Assembly (NCBI RefSeq): GCF_028641065.1
Contig: NC_073407.1
Coordinates: forward strand, 15,252,001 to 15,316,000
Source of the DNA: Leucoraja erinacea
Taxonomy: Eukaryota
Length of the DNA: 64,000 bases
Direction of reading: 5' to 3'
Shown: positions 61,841 to 64,000 of the stretch, piece after piece
How positions within the stretch are numbered: position 1 is the first letter of the stretch
How the letters are laid out: every line of letters begins with the position of its first letter
Notes under the pieces: model-generated
The model's input: the letters and a program-made list of their open reading frames with translations, nothing else
The model's database searches: none
Told to the model about the DNA's origin: nothing
Program-made: the position numbers and the translations under genes

Positions 61841-64000
61841 TGGAGGCAAATATTAGGTTTGCTCCCCAAAGGGTCAAAAGCCTCCTTGTCTACTATGGCT
61901 AAGCAAGATTACAGGTAGCTTCCAGGACAAGCGAGAGGATTCCAATATTGACCACCCTCCAGTGACTGCCTGCTATAAAGTGAGTGCTGGTGCACATCAG
62001 TAGAATCTGTACTGACCACCCTTTCCATATGGCCAGCCAGCATTTGTTGCAACACCACTGGAGGAGAGCCAGCACTTGTGGAATTTATCTCAGTTTCGTT
62101 AGAAGGGAACAAAACATTGGAAGATGGACATATTCTCACCCGTGGACCTAATTACAGAGAGCGAGTGTGGGAGGTGTGTAGTGTAAAGATCGAGCGAGAT
62201 TTTACAATGTCATTTAATTGCAATTGTTTTATCTATGTAATGTAATGCCTTACTGCAGTAACAAAGGTCCCTTTTAAGAAATAGCATGATTTTCAGCAAC
62301 ATTTCAGGACACATTTCTCAGGCTAATAAAGCAGAGAGCTGAAGAAACCGCATAGACCTGTCGTACTGGTGGAGAGAACTCATTCTTTCCTACCCCTCTC
62401 CCCTTTGTTTCTGCAGCTTTTAGATGTTCACATGTTCTTGATTAAGTCCAGCCAAAGGGCGTCATTCTTTTACAAACTGGCCAACTTCTGTAATGAAACA
62501 CAGAGCCTTTAACTGGGCCTTGCCATCTGCTCCCATGCGGTATCATTGTTTAAAAAAGAGAACCTGGCAATGATGAGGGCTTTTAAATGCACCACTGCAT
62601 GTATTTCTGATGCAAATATCGCAGATGGGCCAATGGGTCCAATTTCCAATTGGTACTGCGTTAAACTTTCTTGGCCGAGGTAGCAGTAAGTGCAGGGAGC
62701 AAGTAAGAGCAGGGGCAGTTAGTAGGGAGTTAACTGCATTCCCAATCCCTCACCCTGTTAGATTGAGGTTTATCTTTGTCCTTTGTACCGAGGTACAGTG
62801 AAAAGCTTTGTTTTGCACGCTATCCAATCTGATCAGATAATACAACACATAAATAAAATCGTCAAACTCAAGTACAATAGATAGAGCAAAATGCAAGATA
62901 CAGAGTGCAGAATATTGTTCTCAGCATTGCAGCACATCAGTCCCATAGACAAGCTCCAATGACTGGAATGGGATAGAGGTGAAATGGTCAGTACCCTAGC
63001 TCATGGAAAGATTTTATTCAGTTTGGTTTGTTAATGAACTTCACTAATGTAGGAGAGGGGTTGATTGTGAACAAGTTTAGGGGGCAGGTTCATCAGGGAA
63101 CCTTGCTTTAAATCATCAACGTTTGTTCGAATCGTATATCCCAGGCCTTCTGCATGCGATCATGGATAAATCATGTCGTAGTTCAAAACTCTGCTGAAGC
63201 TCAAACGTTGTTATGTAACCTGCCATTGGACCAGGAGGTCCTGCTGACTGGCTTTTATTATGGTGGCGATCTCAGGAAGAAACTGAAATTGTTCATCAAC
63301 CTGGCACTTCTGGCTGCCTTCAGCAGGAAATTCCAGAGTTTAGGAGATCAGGAGCTGAAGACAGAGCTGCCAGTGGTGTCGTGATTAAAACTGGGAGAGC
63401 GGAGGAGGCCAGAAATGGAGGAGCACAAATAACCAGAGACTTGTGGGGCTGGAGGAGAATGGGTAAATGCAAAATGAGTAAGGGAGGTCTCCACTGGCAG
63501 CAGAATGTATTGCGGTTCACCGGAACAGGATCTTCTTTGGTACATGTCTCTTGTGGTCCCTGCAGTCTCTGGGGTTCTATTGACTAGTTCTGCGCAGTCT
63601 TCCCAATGTAACAATGAGATATTGTAGTCCTGACACCCCACATAAACTTATTTTCTTTCAGAGATGCCGCTCAACTTGGCAAGTTCCTCCAGCTGATTGT
63701 TTGTTGCTCCAGTTTCCAGTATCTGCAGTCTTGTGTCTGCACAAAAAACACATTTGCACCTCAGCAAAATGCTTGGTGTAACAGGACCCTTTTTGGAATC
63801 CTTTTCTGCTCCTACCCTACCATCTAGGTCCAAAGGGGAACAGTTTGAAAAATCAGCCCCTGCTTGGCAACCAGCTATAGATGGGACAGAGATAGCGCCA
63901 GTCTCATTACCCTACTCCAACACCCTTTCCACTTATTCTATCTTATCACGATGGTCTCAATGCCAATCCTTATTTGCAATGTTATTTGCTAGTAACTCAC

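Noticed and set aside
32000-64000. Coding exons of SH2D3C or another neighbouring gene
   Set aside because: No ORF or exon resembling SH2D3C or another known host protein was recognised; small or divergent exons could have been missed

Overview
Vertebrate genomic DNA. The repeat landscape (tRNA-head SINEs, CR1/L2/Rex1 LINEs, Penelope ends, Tc1) suggests a cartilaginous fish such as a skate or ray; this is an inference. The left half carries two spliced housekeeping genes in tandem on the minus strand. CDK9 is complete (7 coding exons, 31471->21476, 1119 nt = 372 aa + stop). FPGS (folylpolyglutamate synthase) has exons 1-11 here (16374->176) and continues past the left edge. This is the same gene order as in mammals, and each gene starts in a CpG island. 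The right half (32-64 kb) has no recognisable protein-coding exon and is mostly transposon debris. Most interesting signals: (i) many Penelope-like retroelement ends carrying a minimal hammerhead-ribozyme core (CUGAAGA..GAAAC-GUC), often as inverted or tandem copies, with the cleanest at 52446-52483 and one on the CDK9 sense strand just upstream of the gene; (ii) short TIR remnants of a CAAAGATC-ended DNA transposon in the CDK9 promoter, one with an 8-bp TSD, resembling P-element-type excision footprints; (iii) a 47-bp CpG-rich minisatellite in the CDK9 5' region in which every unit carries a 5' splice-site motif. Exon coordinates were read by hand from GT/AG boundaries; repeat boundaries are approximate.
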